A stretch of 64,000 nucleotides of DNA from Eledone cirrhosa (GCA_964016885.1 OZ024741.1:133486001-133550000); one strand, 5' to 3'. Counted from the stretch's first letter, positions 24,301 to 35,945 are shown. Numbers and translations are program-made. The notes: generated by a model from the letters alone, not told the origin.

Positions 24301-27300
24301 GTAGAGTGAGAGAGTGAGGAGGACACAGTGAGAGAATGAGGAGCACAGAGTGTAGAGTGAGAGAGTGAGGAGGACAGAGTGTAGAGTGAGAGAGTGAGGA
24401 GGACAGTGTAGAGTGAGAGAGTGAGGAGGACACAGTGTAGTGTGAGAGAGTGAAGAGGACGGAATGTAGAGTGAGAGAGTGAGGAGGACAGTGTAGAGTG
24501 AGAGAGTGAGGAGGACAGTGTATAGTGTAAAGAGTGTAGATTGTAGAGAGAGGACAGTGTGTAGAGTGTAGAGAGTGTAAACTGTAGGGTGTAGATTGTC
24601 GAGAGAGAACAGAGTGTAGAGTGAGAGAGTGAGGAGGACAGTGTAGAGTGAGAGAGTGAGGAGGACAGAGTGTAGAGTGAGAGAGTGAGGAGGACAGAGT
24701 GTAGAGTGAGAGAGTGAGGAGGACAGAGTCTAGAGTGAGAGAGTGAGGAGGACAGAGTGTAGAGTGAGAGAGTGAGGAGGACAGAGTGTAGAGAGAGAGT
24801 GAGGAGGACAGTGTAGAGTGAGAGAGTGAGGAGGACAGAGTGTAGAGTGAGAGAGTGAGGAGGACAGAGTGTAGAGTGAGAGAGTGAGGAGGACAGAGTG
24901 TAGAGAGAGAGTGAGGAGGACAGTGTAGAGTGAGAGAGTGAGGAGGACAGAGTGTAGAGTGAGAGAGTGAGGAGGACAGAGTGTAGAGTGAGAGAGTGAG
25001 GAGGACAGAGTCTAGAGTGAGAGAGTGAGGAGGACAGAGTGTAGAGTGAGAGAGTGAGGAGGACAGAGTGTAGAGAGAGAGTGAGGAGGACAGTGTAGAG
25101 TGAGAGAGTGAGGAGGACAGAGTGTAGAGTGAGAGAGTGAGGAGGACAGAGTGTAGAGTGAGAGAGTGAGGAGGACAGAGTGTAGAGAGAGAGTGAGGAG
25201 GACAGTGTAGAGTGAGAGAGTGAGGAGGACAGAGTGTAGAGTGAGAGAGTGAGGAGGACAGTGTAGAATGAGAGAATGAGGAGGACAGTGTGTAGAGTGA
25301 GAGAGGACAGTGTAGAGTGAGAGAGTGAGGAGGACAGTGTGTAGAGTGAGAGAGGACAGTGTAGAGTGAGAGAATGAGGAGGACAGTGTGTAGAGTGAGA
25401 GAGGACAGTGTAGAGTGAGAGAGTGAGGAGGACAGTGTAGAGTGAGAGAGTGAGTAGGACAGAGTGTAGAGTGTGAGAATGAGGAGGACAGAGTGTAGAG
25501 TGAGAGAGTGAGGAGGACAGTGTAGATTGAGAGAGTGAGGAGGACAGAATGAGAGAATGAGGAGCACAGAGTGTAGAGTGAGAGAGTGAGGAGGACAGAG
25601 TGTAGAGTGAGAGAGTGAGGAGGACAGAGTGAGAGAATGAGGAGGACAGTGTGTAGAGTGAGAGAATGACGAGGACAGTGTAGAGTGAGAGAGTGAGGAG
25701 GACTGAGTGAGAGAGTGAGGAGGACAGAGTGTAGAGTGAGAGAGTGAGGAGGACAGAGTGTAGAGTGAGTGAGTGAGGAGGACAGTGTAGAGTGAGAGAG
25801 TGAGTAGGACAGAGTGTAGAGTGAGAGAGTGAGGAGGACAGAGTGTAGAGTGAGAGAGTGAGGAGGACAGAGTGTAGAGTGAGAGAGTGAGGAGGACAGT
25901 GTAGAGTGAGAGAGTGAGGATGACAGAGTGTAGTGTGAGAGAGTGAGGAGGACAGAGTGTAGAGTGAGAGAATGAGGAGGACAGAGTGTAGAGTGAGAGA
26001 GTGAGGAGGACAGAGTGTAGAGTGAGGAGGACAGAGTGTAGTGTGAGAGAGTGAGGAGGACAGTGTGTAGAGTGAGAGAATGAGGAGGACAGTGTAGAGT
26101 GAGAGAGTGAGGACAGAGTGTAGAGTGAGGAGGACAGTGTAGAGTGAGAGAGTGAGGAGGACAGAGTGTAGAGTGAGAGAATGAGGAGGACAGTGTAGAG
26201 TGAGAGAGTGAGGACAGAGTGTAGTGTGAGAGAGTGAGGAGGACAGTGTAGTGTGAGAGAATGAGGAGGACAGTGTAGAATGAGAGAGTGAGGACAGAGT
26301 GTAGTGTGAGAGAGTGAGGAGGACAGTGTAGAGTGAGAGAGTGAGGAGGACAGAGTGTAGAGTGAGAGAGTGGGGAGGACAGAGTAGAGTGAGAGAGTGA
26401 GGAGGACAGAGTGTAGTGTGAGAGAGTGAGGAGGACAGAGTGTAGAGTGAGAGAATGAGGAGGACAGTGTAGAGTGAGAGAGTGAGGACAGAGTGTAGAG
26501 TGAGAGGGTGAGGAGGACAGAGTGTAGAGTGAGAGAATGAGGATGACAGTGTAGAGTGAGAGAGTGAGCAGGACAGAGTGTAGAGTGAGAGAGTGAGGAG
26601 GAGAGTGTACAGTGAGAGAATGACGAGGACAGTGTAGAGTGAGAGAGTGAGGAGGACAGAGTGTAGAGTGAGAAGGACAGAGTGTAGAGTGAGAGAGTGA
26701 GGAGGACAGTGTAGAGTGAGAGAGTGAGGAGGACAGTGTAGAGTGAGAGAGTGAGGAGGACAGAGTGTAGAGTGTGAGAGTGAGGAGGACAGAGTGAGAG
26801 AATGAGGAGCACAGAGTGTAGATTGAGAGAGTGAGGAGGACAGTGTAGAGTGAGAGAATGACGAGGACAGTGTAGAGTGAGAGAGTGAGGAGGACAGAGT
26901 GTAGAGTGAGAGAGTGAGGAGGACAGAGTGTAGAGTGAGAGAGTGAGGAGGACAGAGTGAGAGAATGAGGAGCACAGTGTGTAGAGTGAGAGAGTGAGGA
27001 GGACAGTGTAGAGTGAGAGAGTGAGGAGGACAGAGTGTAGAGTGAGAGAGTGAAAAGGATGGAGTTTAGAGTGCGAGAGTGAGGAGGACGGAGTGTAGAG
27101 TGAGAGAGTGAGGAGGACAGTGTAGTGAGAGAGTGAGGAGGACAAAGTGTAGTGTGAGAGAGGGAGGAGGACAAAGTGTAGTGTGAGAGAGGGAGGAGGA
27201 CGGAGTGTAGAGTGAGAGAGTGAGGAGGACAGAATGTAGAGTGAGGAGGACAGTGTAGAGTGATAGAGTGAGGAGGACAAAGTGTAGAGTGTAAAGATTG

Positions 27301-27590
27301 TAAACTGTAGAGTGTAGATTGTAGAGAGAGGACAGAGTGTAGAGTGTAGAGAGTGTAAACTGTAGGGTGTAGATTGTAGAGAGAGGACAGAGTGTAGAGT
27401 GAGAGGGTGAGGAGGACATAGTGTAGAGTGTAAAGAGTGTAAACTGTAGGGTGTAGATTGTAGAGAGAGGACAGAGTGTAGAGTGTAGAGAGTGTAAACT
27501 GTAGGGTGTAGATTGTAGAGAGAGGACAGAGTGTAGAGTGTAAACTGTAGGGTGTAGATTGTAGAGAGAGGACAGAGTGTGTGAGGAGGA
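9330..27590. repeat. ~18.3-kb purine-rich compound satellite (27/29/22-bp units) with higher-order repeats, intronic
   Basis: Core unit GAGGAGGACAGTGTAGAGTGAGAGAGT (27 bp), plus a +AG variant (29 bp) and a shorter variant (22 bp). Diagnostic variants recur at fixed spacings of 1211 and 3616 bp. Confidence 0.97.
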
Positions 27591-27644
27591 TATCTTTTGT
27601 GTGTCTAAACTTTCTTAAAGACATAAATCACTTTTTAATTGCAG

Positions 27645-27779
27645 TGTGGAGGATACTTGATGGGCTTTAGAGTAGACCCCCAGGAAAAATTGAAACAAGT
27701 TGCTAAGTTGTTACAGAGCCTCTTGGAAGTATCAAAAGTTAATCCAGATTTTGGTGTCCACTGTGAAATTAACAAAACG
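27645..27779 (+). CDS. BBS5: BBS5-like exon
   Basis: TTGCAG acceptor, 135 nt, CGGYLMGFRVDPQEKLKQVAKLLQSLLEVSKVNPDFGVHCEINKT, GTATCA donor. Matches recalled BBS5 SGGYVLGFKIDPVEKL..PIFGV. Confidence 0.9.
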
Positions 27780-27803
27780 GTATCATTAATTTTCCATCGT
27801 TAA

Positions 27804-28100
27804 CCTCGTTCTGCAATACAAAATTATTTATTTTAAAATGTTTATATTTATCTAAAACTCTTCTCTCATAATTCCATGTAAGAAATTGCGTTACATTCTA
27901 AACATCAGCTCAATAATGCGATAGTTATATCACTAATTCCTTCCAAAGTCTTGGTTATTTTCCAAATGATTTGGAAATCATAGGCAGTGTCTTTCATTAG
28001 AAATATGGTAATGAAATGGCTAATGACACAGACAGGATCTTTCATTAGAAATATGGTAATGAAAGGGTTAATGACATAGGCAGTGACTTTCATTAGAAAT

Positions 28101-28108
<8 letters not shown>
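27804..28108 (-). mobile_element. TTAA-type (piggyBac-like) MITE with tandemly amplified 48-bp terminus; the array continues at 32968-33105
   Basis: Reverse-complement homolog of the MITE at 46911-47125. The motif ctttcattagaaatatggtaatgaaagggttaa repeats every 48 bp (cattag at 27995, 28043, 28091). Confidence 0.65.
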
Positions 28109-28146
<38 letters not shown>

Positions 28147-31100
28147 AATATTGTGTACAGTGCTCAGGTGCACTACAACTCATCAAAAAGTGTATGTATA
28201 GTACATAGGGTAATGTACAAACGTCAGTAAAATGAACAGTGCATGAGTCATGATATACACATGTGTGCATGTGTATGGAAGGGGTACATCAGATGTAGTT
28301 TTGGCGAATTTCGGGAAGCATGAGGGTTTTAAAGGATGCAGTGTCTCGGCAGCTAACAACTGACACAGGCAGGTTGTTCCATGCTTCAGCAACTCTGAGC
28401 ATGAAAAAATGTTTCCGAAAGTCATGGGAGCTGTGCTGTTTTCTGATTTTGTAGGCATGTCCACGTGTGTTAGACACATGGAGATCAAAAAGGTGCTCAG
28501 GGTTGTTGCTGGCGAGATGGTTAATAACTTTGTGGGTGTTTACCAAGTCCATTGCCAGACGTCGGAGCTTCAATGAATCCATGCCCAGGGAAGTAAGGCG
28601 TTCAGAGTATGGTAGGTGTCTGATGGAGGGTATGCGCTTGGTTGCATGTCTCTGAACAGTTTCCAGGAGGTCAATGTTCTGAGCATGATGATCCGAATTC
28701 CAAGTGTGGTCGTACCATAGCTGTATACAGCTTTAAATAGATGGCTGGAGAGCGGCTAACAAAGGTCTTGCTGAGTGATGCTAAGACACCCTCGGCCTTC
28801 TTGACAATCTTAGAGACATGCTTTGTCCAACGCAAATCGCTGCTGACAGTAATGCCCAGATCACGTTCACAAGAGGACTTCTTGATATCAGTGTTGTGGA
28901 GGGAGTATGTGGACGCTGGATTTTTCCTCCCAAAATGCATGGTGGTACACTTGTCCACAGCCAGCTTCAGTTGCCAGTCTGTGATCCATTGCTGCATTGT
29001 GTCCAGCTCTGATGTAGGAAAGAGTTGTAGATTTCAGGATCAGTCCTTTTGATTTCAAGGTACAGCTGGATGTCATCTGCTTATTTCAGTACCGTGGCAT
29101 TCTTTAAGTTGGCATCTATGTCATTAATATATGCCACAAACAAAAGGGGACCAAGAACAGATCCCTGTGGTACACCAGATGGCATCTCATATGGTGAAGA
29201 ATGCTGTCCTAGAACCGTGACTACCTCTTTTCGGCTGAGAATGAAGGATTTCAACCAGTTAAAATGATCATCCTTCACACCCATTGCAGAGAGTTTTGCC
29301 ATAAGTCTTTTGTGTGGCACAGAATTAAAAGCCTTAGCGAAGTCAAGGTAAACAACATCCACCCATGAGCCGCTGTCAGTGATCCAGGTAATGTCTTCAA
29401 GGAACTCGATAAGCTGATCACAACAGCTGGAGTTAGGGATAAATCCAAACTGCGAGGGCCGGATGAGGCTGTGAGAGCTCCAGAAGTTCCAAAGTGTTTC
29501 TCTGACACAGGATTCCATCAGTTTGGCAATACAGCTAGTAAGACTGACTGGACGATAGTTGACAGGTGATGTGCGATCACCCTTTTTGAACAGGGGAATG
29601 ACACTGGCAGTTTTTCACTGCTCCAGAGTAGCACCATTGTTGAGACAGTATTGAAAGAAGAAAGAAAGCTGGTGCAAAAGGAAGTACCCGCCACGTTTGA
29701 GAAGCAGGTATGTAACACCATCAAGACTAGGGGAGGCATAGTTGCGCTTATTCTTAAGGTGACGTCGCAACATTGCAGGTGTAAATTCCAGTTCTTATGG
29801 AATTTGATGTTAGAGATGGTTTTCAACAGTAAAAATGCTTACATAGCACTCAGCAATGAGTTCTGCGCATTCTTTGGGATCGTCAGTGATCTGGCTTGTG
29901 TGGGGATTGCGAAGAGGACCAACTGGAGAGTGAGGTCTCTGCTTTGAATAAACATATTTCAAGAACACCTTACTGTCAGGATTGGTTGCTATGCACTGTT
30001 CAAATTCAAGCACTGCCTTTTTTGTCACTTGCTTGAGATGGTTGGAAGATTTATTCAGCTTTTTTCTGTTGGCATCTGATTTATGCAGTTTATATTCCCG
30101 TTCAGCGTTCCGACGTTCTTTCCTGGCAAGTCGAACCGCTGAAGTTTCCCAAATTGCACTTTTGGGGTGGGTTTTTTTCTGCTTACGTGGCACTGATGCT
30201 GCACATGCTATCCATATTGAGTCCAGGATGCTCTGGAGTATAGTGTTCACATCTCCAGAGTTATAGAACTCATGCCAGTTTGGGTGCTGTAGCTCAGTGC
30301 AGTACAAGTTCCAATCTGCTTTCTTCCAATCAAAGCAAGCAGATTGGAGATGGTTCTGGTTTTTGTTGCTGCCCACAAGCGCCAGATTGGCAATAATCAT
30401 AGCATGATCAGAGTCGCCTAGAGGTTCCTCAGTAGTACAACTGATAACCACTTCAGGAGTAGTGGTGAAGATCAGGTCCAAAGTGTTGTCACCTCTTGTT
30501 GGAGAGGCGACTTCTTGTGACCAGTTTGAGTCCAGCACTAACTCAAGGAAATCATTTGCACTTTGTGGCCAACGAAAGGTTTCCCAATTGATCTCAGGAT
30601 GATTGAAGTCACCTGCAATAAACACATAAGTGGCTGTTTTCCTGGCAGCAGCTCTGAGGATATCGCAAAGCTGTGTGTCCCGATGGTAGTTTGGGGAGCG
30701 ATAAACAACACCAAGCAGAAGTGTTGACATGGTCATACATATGTCACAAAAAAAAACTTCTTCTTGTGATTCATTCAAATCAACGCAAGGAATTACTGAA
30801 AAGTTTGAACGAACGTAGACCATCACACCACCACGGCGATTAATGCGGTCCTTGCGGAAAAGGTTGTACCCAGTAATGCTGAAAACCCCATCACAGAGTA
30901 AGGAATGTGCCCAGGTTTCCGTGACTGTGATGAAGTCAGGGTCGATGCTTCTGACTAGGAGTTAAACAGATGTATCTTGTTGCATAAACTGCGAGCATTT
31001 AAGGACAACAATTTGTACCCTGCTTGCAGTTTATGATGGTGTGTAGAGGATGGCAGGTTGTTCTGATTTAGTTTCCCAGAGTTGTTGCAGTTTTTTCATT

Positions 31101-32967
31101 GCCAATTATTGTGGGTAGAGCACACTCAGATCAGCTGGTATCTCTCTTCCACGTTTCACCAGCCTTAACAGACCTCCAGATCTGCCCATCATCACACAGA
31201 CTAAAACTTTCATGTTGTGCTGAGTTCCAATTCAAGGAAGCTGCAGCACGTAGCTTTGGACGTACATGGGGTGGTAGGCCTGGGCATGTTCGGAAAGTAA
31301 TCCGCCCAGCTTTAACAGAGGCCAGATGATATGGAATTGCCTCAGCGGGGTCCGAAAAAGACAGCCTGATGAGTCTGGGTTTTGGACCAGGTCGACCAAG
31401 GCGGAGAGCACTCTTGGGGGAACACAGCCTGGGTCTTTGGCTGAGCTGGCAGCCAATGCCTGAAGATCAGCCTTGTCCTCTGGTACCCCAATGGCAATTA
31501 CTTCATGGGTAGCAGATTCCGCAGTCTTCTCAGTGTGCCCAGATACGGCAAGAGGTACAGGGAGATTCTTTAGCAAGGCATTCCGATAAGACCCCTCATT
31601 GTGGAGTCCTACCCGAATGCTTGCTTTTATTCCTGTTACTTCCCTTCTTAAAGCAGAAATCATTAGTTGCAATTCTGCAAAATCTGTACTGGTCGGTTGT
31701 TGTTGTTGTTGTTGCTGCTGCTGCTGTTGCTGTTGTTGATGATGTTCCTCCACAGTCGTCGGTTGTTGGTGTCGAGATGTACTGGGAGCAGAAGACATGG
31801 GTTGTTGTTGTTTCTGATGTTCTTCCACAGGAATAGCAGCAGAAGCCAGTGTCATAGGTTTCTGCCGTTGTTCAGTAACAATGGTAGAGGAAGATAGTCA
31901 TCGTTTATTTGTTTTTTGTTGTTGTTTTTCAATAATATTGGTGGAGGCAGACACACAGGCCAGGCACTGAAAAGACCAAGATTTTAGCTGGACCATCTCC
32001 CAGAGTCCATCCATCATAGCAATATGATGTCTCCTTTTTTGGCCTGTGGCGCATTGAAGGCAGACAGAGATGCGACAGGTTCCACATTCGACCCAGCGAT
32101 TACGGAACCAGTTTTCGGGTTCCGTACAAATATGGCAGGTGTGATTTTCTGGGCAATGTTCTATTTTGGAACATCGACCAGTTTTGTCGCATACTTCATG
32201 GCTATCACCATGGCAATTGTGTTATTTCTGCCCATCCGTAGAAAAACACAGAATGTAAACAATATAGGTTTAGCGCACTTGATTACGATAGAAATAAAAT
32301 GTGTTTTTTTTTTTTGTGTATTTTGTTTCCGTTTTCCTAAATATTGTGTGCGTGTGTACAAAAGAGTCTGCGAATGTAAACAAAACGAGATAAATGTTTG
32401 TTTATGTTTTGTTTTTGTATTTCTGTTTCTGTTTTCCTATGTGTTATGTGTGTGTGTATACAAAAAGATCTGCACACGAATATATAATTATATATATATA
32501 TAATTAAAAGGTGTATGTGGGTTAGAAGCGAAGTCAATGTTCCGAAATATTTTACAAATGTACGTAAGATTGGCCGGTATAGTGTCTCACACGAAATAGT
32601 GTGGTTTCTTTTCACTTGTGTGTATATGCATGTGGTATGTATCTGTATATAGATTTGTGTGTATATTGTTGTTTATAGATTTTGTGAAGTACTTACTGCG
32701 ATCCCTAAGGGATGTAGTGATTTGTTTTTTTGTTTTTTCCCCCGTCCATGTCCACACGTGGTTTGTTGGCGAAAATCAAATCAAATCAAATATACTTCGT
32801 TAAAATAATTCTATGTGAAACTGGTACTAGTAGTCAGAGAACAGTCAAAGTAATTGTAATAATGAATATTGTAATCCATCTGACATGTGTTTAAATTGGT
32901 GAAAATATAATATTTTGTTTGGTCAAGACATGGTCAAACGTCCTTCCTTGTCGCCATTTTTTTGTAC
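28109..32967 (-). mobile_element. Full-length but inactivated CR1-clade LINE (5'UTR, ORF1 with PHD and polyQ, ORF2 APE+RT, (ATT)n tail)
   Basis: Minus-strand AGDFNHPEINW, SPTRGDNTLDL, LGDSDH (APE). VYLDFAKAFNSVPH, SGVPQGSVLGPLLFVAYIND, ERDLG, VRPHLEF, TRGH..FF.LRVAEAWNNLP (CR1 RT and C-terminus). (TAA)n on + strand at ~28109-28144. The host minisatellite resumes at 32968. Confidence 0.92.
32952..32960 (-). promoter_or_regulatory. YY1-like motif at the 5' end of the CR1 element (candidate internal promoter)
   Basis: CGCCATTTT (AAAATGGCG on the element strand) within ~15 nt of the inferred 5' end. YY1 sites are established near LINE 5' ends. Confidence 0.45.
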
Positions 32968-33838
32968 ATGAAATGGTTAATACATAGACAGGGTCTTCCA
33001 TTAGAAATATGGTAATGAAAGGGTTAATGACACAGGCTGTGTCTTTCATTAGAAATATGGTAATGAGAGGGTTAAAGACAGGGTAAGGAAAGGGTTAATG
33101 ACATATGCAATATCTTTCTACAGCTGAATACCCTTCGTAATGCTACCCACTTCATAACGTGTAATGGGAGCTTTATTCATAGCAGCAATACTACCACCTT
33201 ACAGGGTTGACTGGGTGTGGGTGCTTTTTGTTGTGGCACCAGTATGACAATCTTACAGCGTAGACGGTGCTTTTTGATGTTGCATCAGCACAACCATCTT
33301 ACAAAGTCACATTTTTGTTGTGGCACCAGGAAAAATATGACTAGAGGGTATTTTAGAGGGAGACAGTTCTGGAGAAGATGGATTGAATGTGTTGTGAGGA
33401 AATAGAATGGAATGCGAGACAAACAAGTGCTGACAAAAAGAGGAGTGGTAAGTGGATGATTAGCCTGTTTAGAAGGGCACTGACAGTTGTAGTTGAGATA
33501 GAGGGGACAGTAAGAAACAATGTAACTTTGAACAAAGAGTTGTAGTATGTTGTTGAGGAAACTTAGGCCTATAAGTAAAGTAAGATAGATTTATTTAGGA
33601 TGTGGTCTAGTGTGTTTGTGCATGTATGAGCAGTACTGCCCTAGATATGTGAGCTGTACTTCAACATTGGTCTCACATGAGCTTTGAAGAAGAAACCATA
33701 ACCCAACTGTTGGTTGTCACATGGACACAGTGCAGTGTCTATGTCAGTTTTTAAACTCCCCACCTCTTTGTGCATTCCTGATCTCACTTTTTTGTCTTAA
33801 AATGTTCTCACTTTTCCTGCAAAATGCTTTTTTGTCAG

Positions 33839-33919
33839 ATTTCCAATCGAGAAATAAAGAATGAAATGTTTGAAGATGTTGAATATTCTGAGAAAGAGGA
33901 ACCTACAGATGCCTTTGCT
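33839..33919 (+). CDS. BBS5: BBS5-like exon
   Basis: TTTGTCAG acceptor, 81 nt, ISNREIKNEMFEDVEYSEKEEPTDAFA, GTACGT donor. Matches recalled BBS5 ..DDVEIDSDGHTDAFV. Confidence 0.82.
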
Positions 33920-34371
33920 GTACGTAAGGTTTGAGATAATTTAATTAACAAATAGGGAGGAGGATACAGTATGTGTGTGGTTAAGGGGGAGGTATAGTAA
34001 CTGTGTGGTTAAGGTGAAGGGGAGTACATCTAACTGGCTAAGGAGGAGGGGGAGGGGGAGGTATTGAAGGTGTTGCTAAGGAAGAGGTGAAGTATGTGTG
34101 TGGTTAAGAAGGAGGTGGAGTAAGTGTGAGGTTAAGAAGTTAAAAAGCTGTTGTTATTTAGTTTCAGGTGAAGTTATTATCAAAGCTTTCCAACATTGAC
34201 TTCTCTGTCTGTAGAAGTTCTAGGAATACATTTCTTAACTCTTAACATCCTGTACTACATGAAATTGCATTAGCAAGATATTCTTAAAAAAGTACAAAAC
34301 AGCACTATGACTATAACATTATCATCATCACTGTTTAATGTCCATGGGTTAGGTGGGTTATCACATTATAT

Positions 34372-34704
34372 GGAGGCACATGGCTTAGTGGTTAGAGCAT
34401 TGGGCTTGCAATCGAAAGGTTGTGAGTTCAATTCTTAGATCGGGTGATGTGTTTTCTTGAGCAAAAGACTTTATTTCACATTGCTCCAGTTTACTCAGCT
34501 GTAGAAATGAGATGATAGGACTGGGGTCCCTATCATTCTACTGTAAAGTGGTCGTGGAGGTGCCACGGAAAAAAAGCACCCAGCACTCACTGTAAATGAG
34601 GTTGGTGTTAGGAAGGGCATCCAGCTGTAGAAATCAAGCCAGAATCAGTTCCTGTCCCACCCTTGCAAGCAGAGAAAAGCAGACGTAAAATGATGATGAT
34701 GATG
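34372..34704 (+). mobile_element. tRNA-derived SINE with RTE-type 3' end
   Basis: A box TGGCTTAGTGG, B box GAGTTCAATTC, central CTTGAGCAA..TTTCACATTGCTCCAG core, RTE-like 3' segment and (GAT)n tail. Confidence 0.88.
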
Positions 34705-34887
34705 AAGACAATGTCTTGCTCATATGGATCTATATTTTAACTTGGTTTCTACAGCTGGATGCCCTTCCTAACACCAACCACATTTCAGTGTGGGCTGGGT
34801 ACTTTTTATCACCCCCCCCCCATCCCCCCACCCTCACTGAAAGCCAGCATATTTATTTTTTATATTATTCATTTGGTATACTTACAG

Positions 34888-35013
34888 GTTTATCTGTCTG
34901 ATGGAATCAAAATGCTAGACAGTGAGCTGGAATTTTGTGATCATCTTGGACTAGCGATGGAGAAACCACCATCTGGTCTCACTGTCCAAGACCTGTGGAG
35001 TATTCCATCTTGA
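34888..35013 (+). CDS. BBS5: BBS5-like terminal coding exon
   Basis: TTACAG acceptor, VYLSDGIKMLDSELEFCDHLGLAMEKPPSGLTVQDLWSIPS-stop. Matches recalled BBS5 C-terminus AYFADG..EELGLAIEK..GFTLQGLW. AATAAA at 35141. Confidence 0.88.
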   Translation, partial: VYLSDGIKMLDSELEFCDHLGLAMEKPPSGLTVQDLWSIPS

Positions 35014-35714
35014 TAGGTGGTTAGCAAACGTTTTCCAAATAATAATAACCTTTATAATAATGATTTTTTTGTTGGCCACTAGGGCTGAAACATAAAGGAC
35101 ATTACAAATGAACATGGACATTGGTGATTTACATAAATTGAATAAAAAGAAAAAAACAGGCAACAAAGTAACAATAAATTAATAACAACAGAAATTGGTC
35201 TTTTTAGAGACAGCAAATATTCTTCAAAATGTTTTGTCATTAAATGTGAGAAGAACCAGTTGTTCTCTATGTCTAAAACTTATGTCCTAAATAACCAGGA
35301 GTAACACCCAAACTGTGAAAATTAGATGGCGTCATTGCTGGTTTCTAATTTATGCACAAGGACAACAATTTTGAGGGTGGGGAAATTTGATTAAATCAAC
35401 CTCAGTTCATTACTCATACTTTATTTTATCAATCCCATAAGGATGAAGGCAAAGTTAACCTCAGCGGGATTTGAAATGAGAATATAAATAGCTGTAACTC
35501 TATGCCGGGAAGCTCTAATCGACCACAACAATAACAATAATATAGTTTATGTTGATTACCGACATATAGAAGTGATTAAAGATAAGAATGATATTTTAAT
35601 TATTTCTAGGATAAATGTATGTACAAATGACGTAGAGGATTAAATATATGAGTAACTTTGGAGAAATAACTATTTACAGGGACAAATGTAGAGTTGGAAC
35701 CCAGGACCTTGAAA

Positions 35715-35945
35715 TTGGAAAGTGAACAGAGAGTCACTCCAGGTAGAGCCACTACTTCTCCAAATTGAGAGATCACAGCTCTGATATTATGGGCATGTGG
35801 TTAGAATGTCTCAGGAAAGAATCGTCAGACAGATTTTACGGGCAAAACCAACTGGCAGGAGATCCAGGGGTAGACGCCAAGCAAGATGGTTGGATAACAG
35901 CCAAGAGCTTCGCTGATATTGCATGAGGATGCAGCCAGATCAGCA
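35715..35945 (+). mobile_element. RTE-type (Expander/Rex3-like) LINE 3' fragment
   Basis: Decayed VEPLLLQIERSQL*YYGHVVRMSQERIVRQILRAKPTGRRSRGR..RW. Confidence 0.6.

Noticed and set aside
9136-27624. Giant minus-strand ORFs (up to 2637 aa; His/Ser/Leu/Thr/Cys-rich)
   Set aside because: Open in all three frames only because the C/T-rich satellite strand rarely forms stop codons. Unit lengths of 22, 27 and 29 bp shift frames freely, so there is no codon-level constraint.
32024-32503. 159-aa hydrophobic + strand ORF resembling a membrane protein
   Set aside because: It is the antisense of the CR1 ORF1 and 5'UTR. The hydrophobicity comes from T-rich low-complexity sequence.
34372-34445. tRNA genes (also 43043, 52730-52800, 60284)
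   Set aside because: A and B boxes are present, but each continues into a SINE body and tail and the acceptor stem is poor. These are SINE heads.
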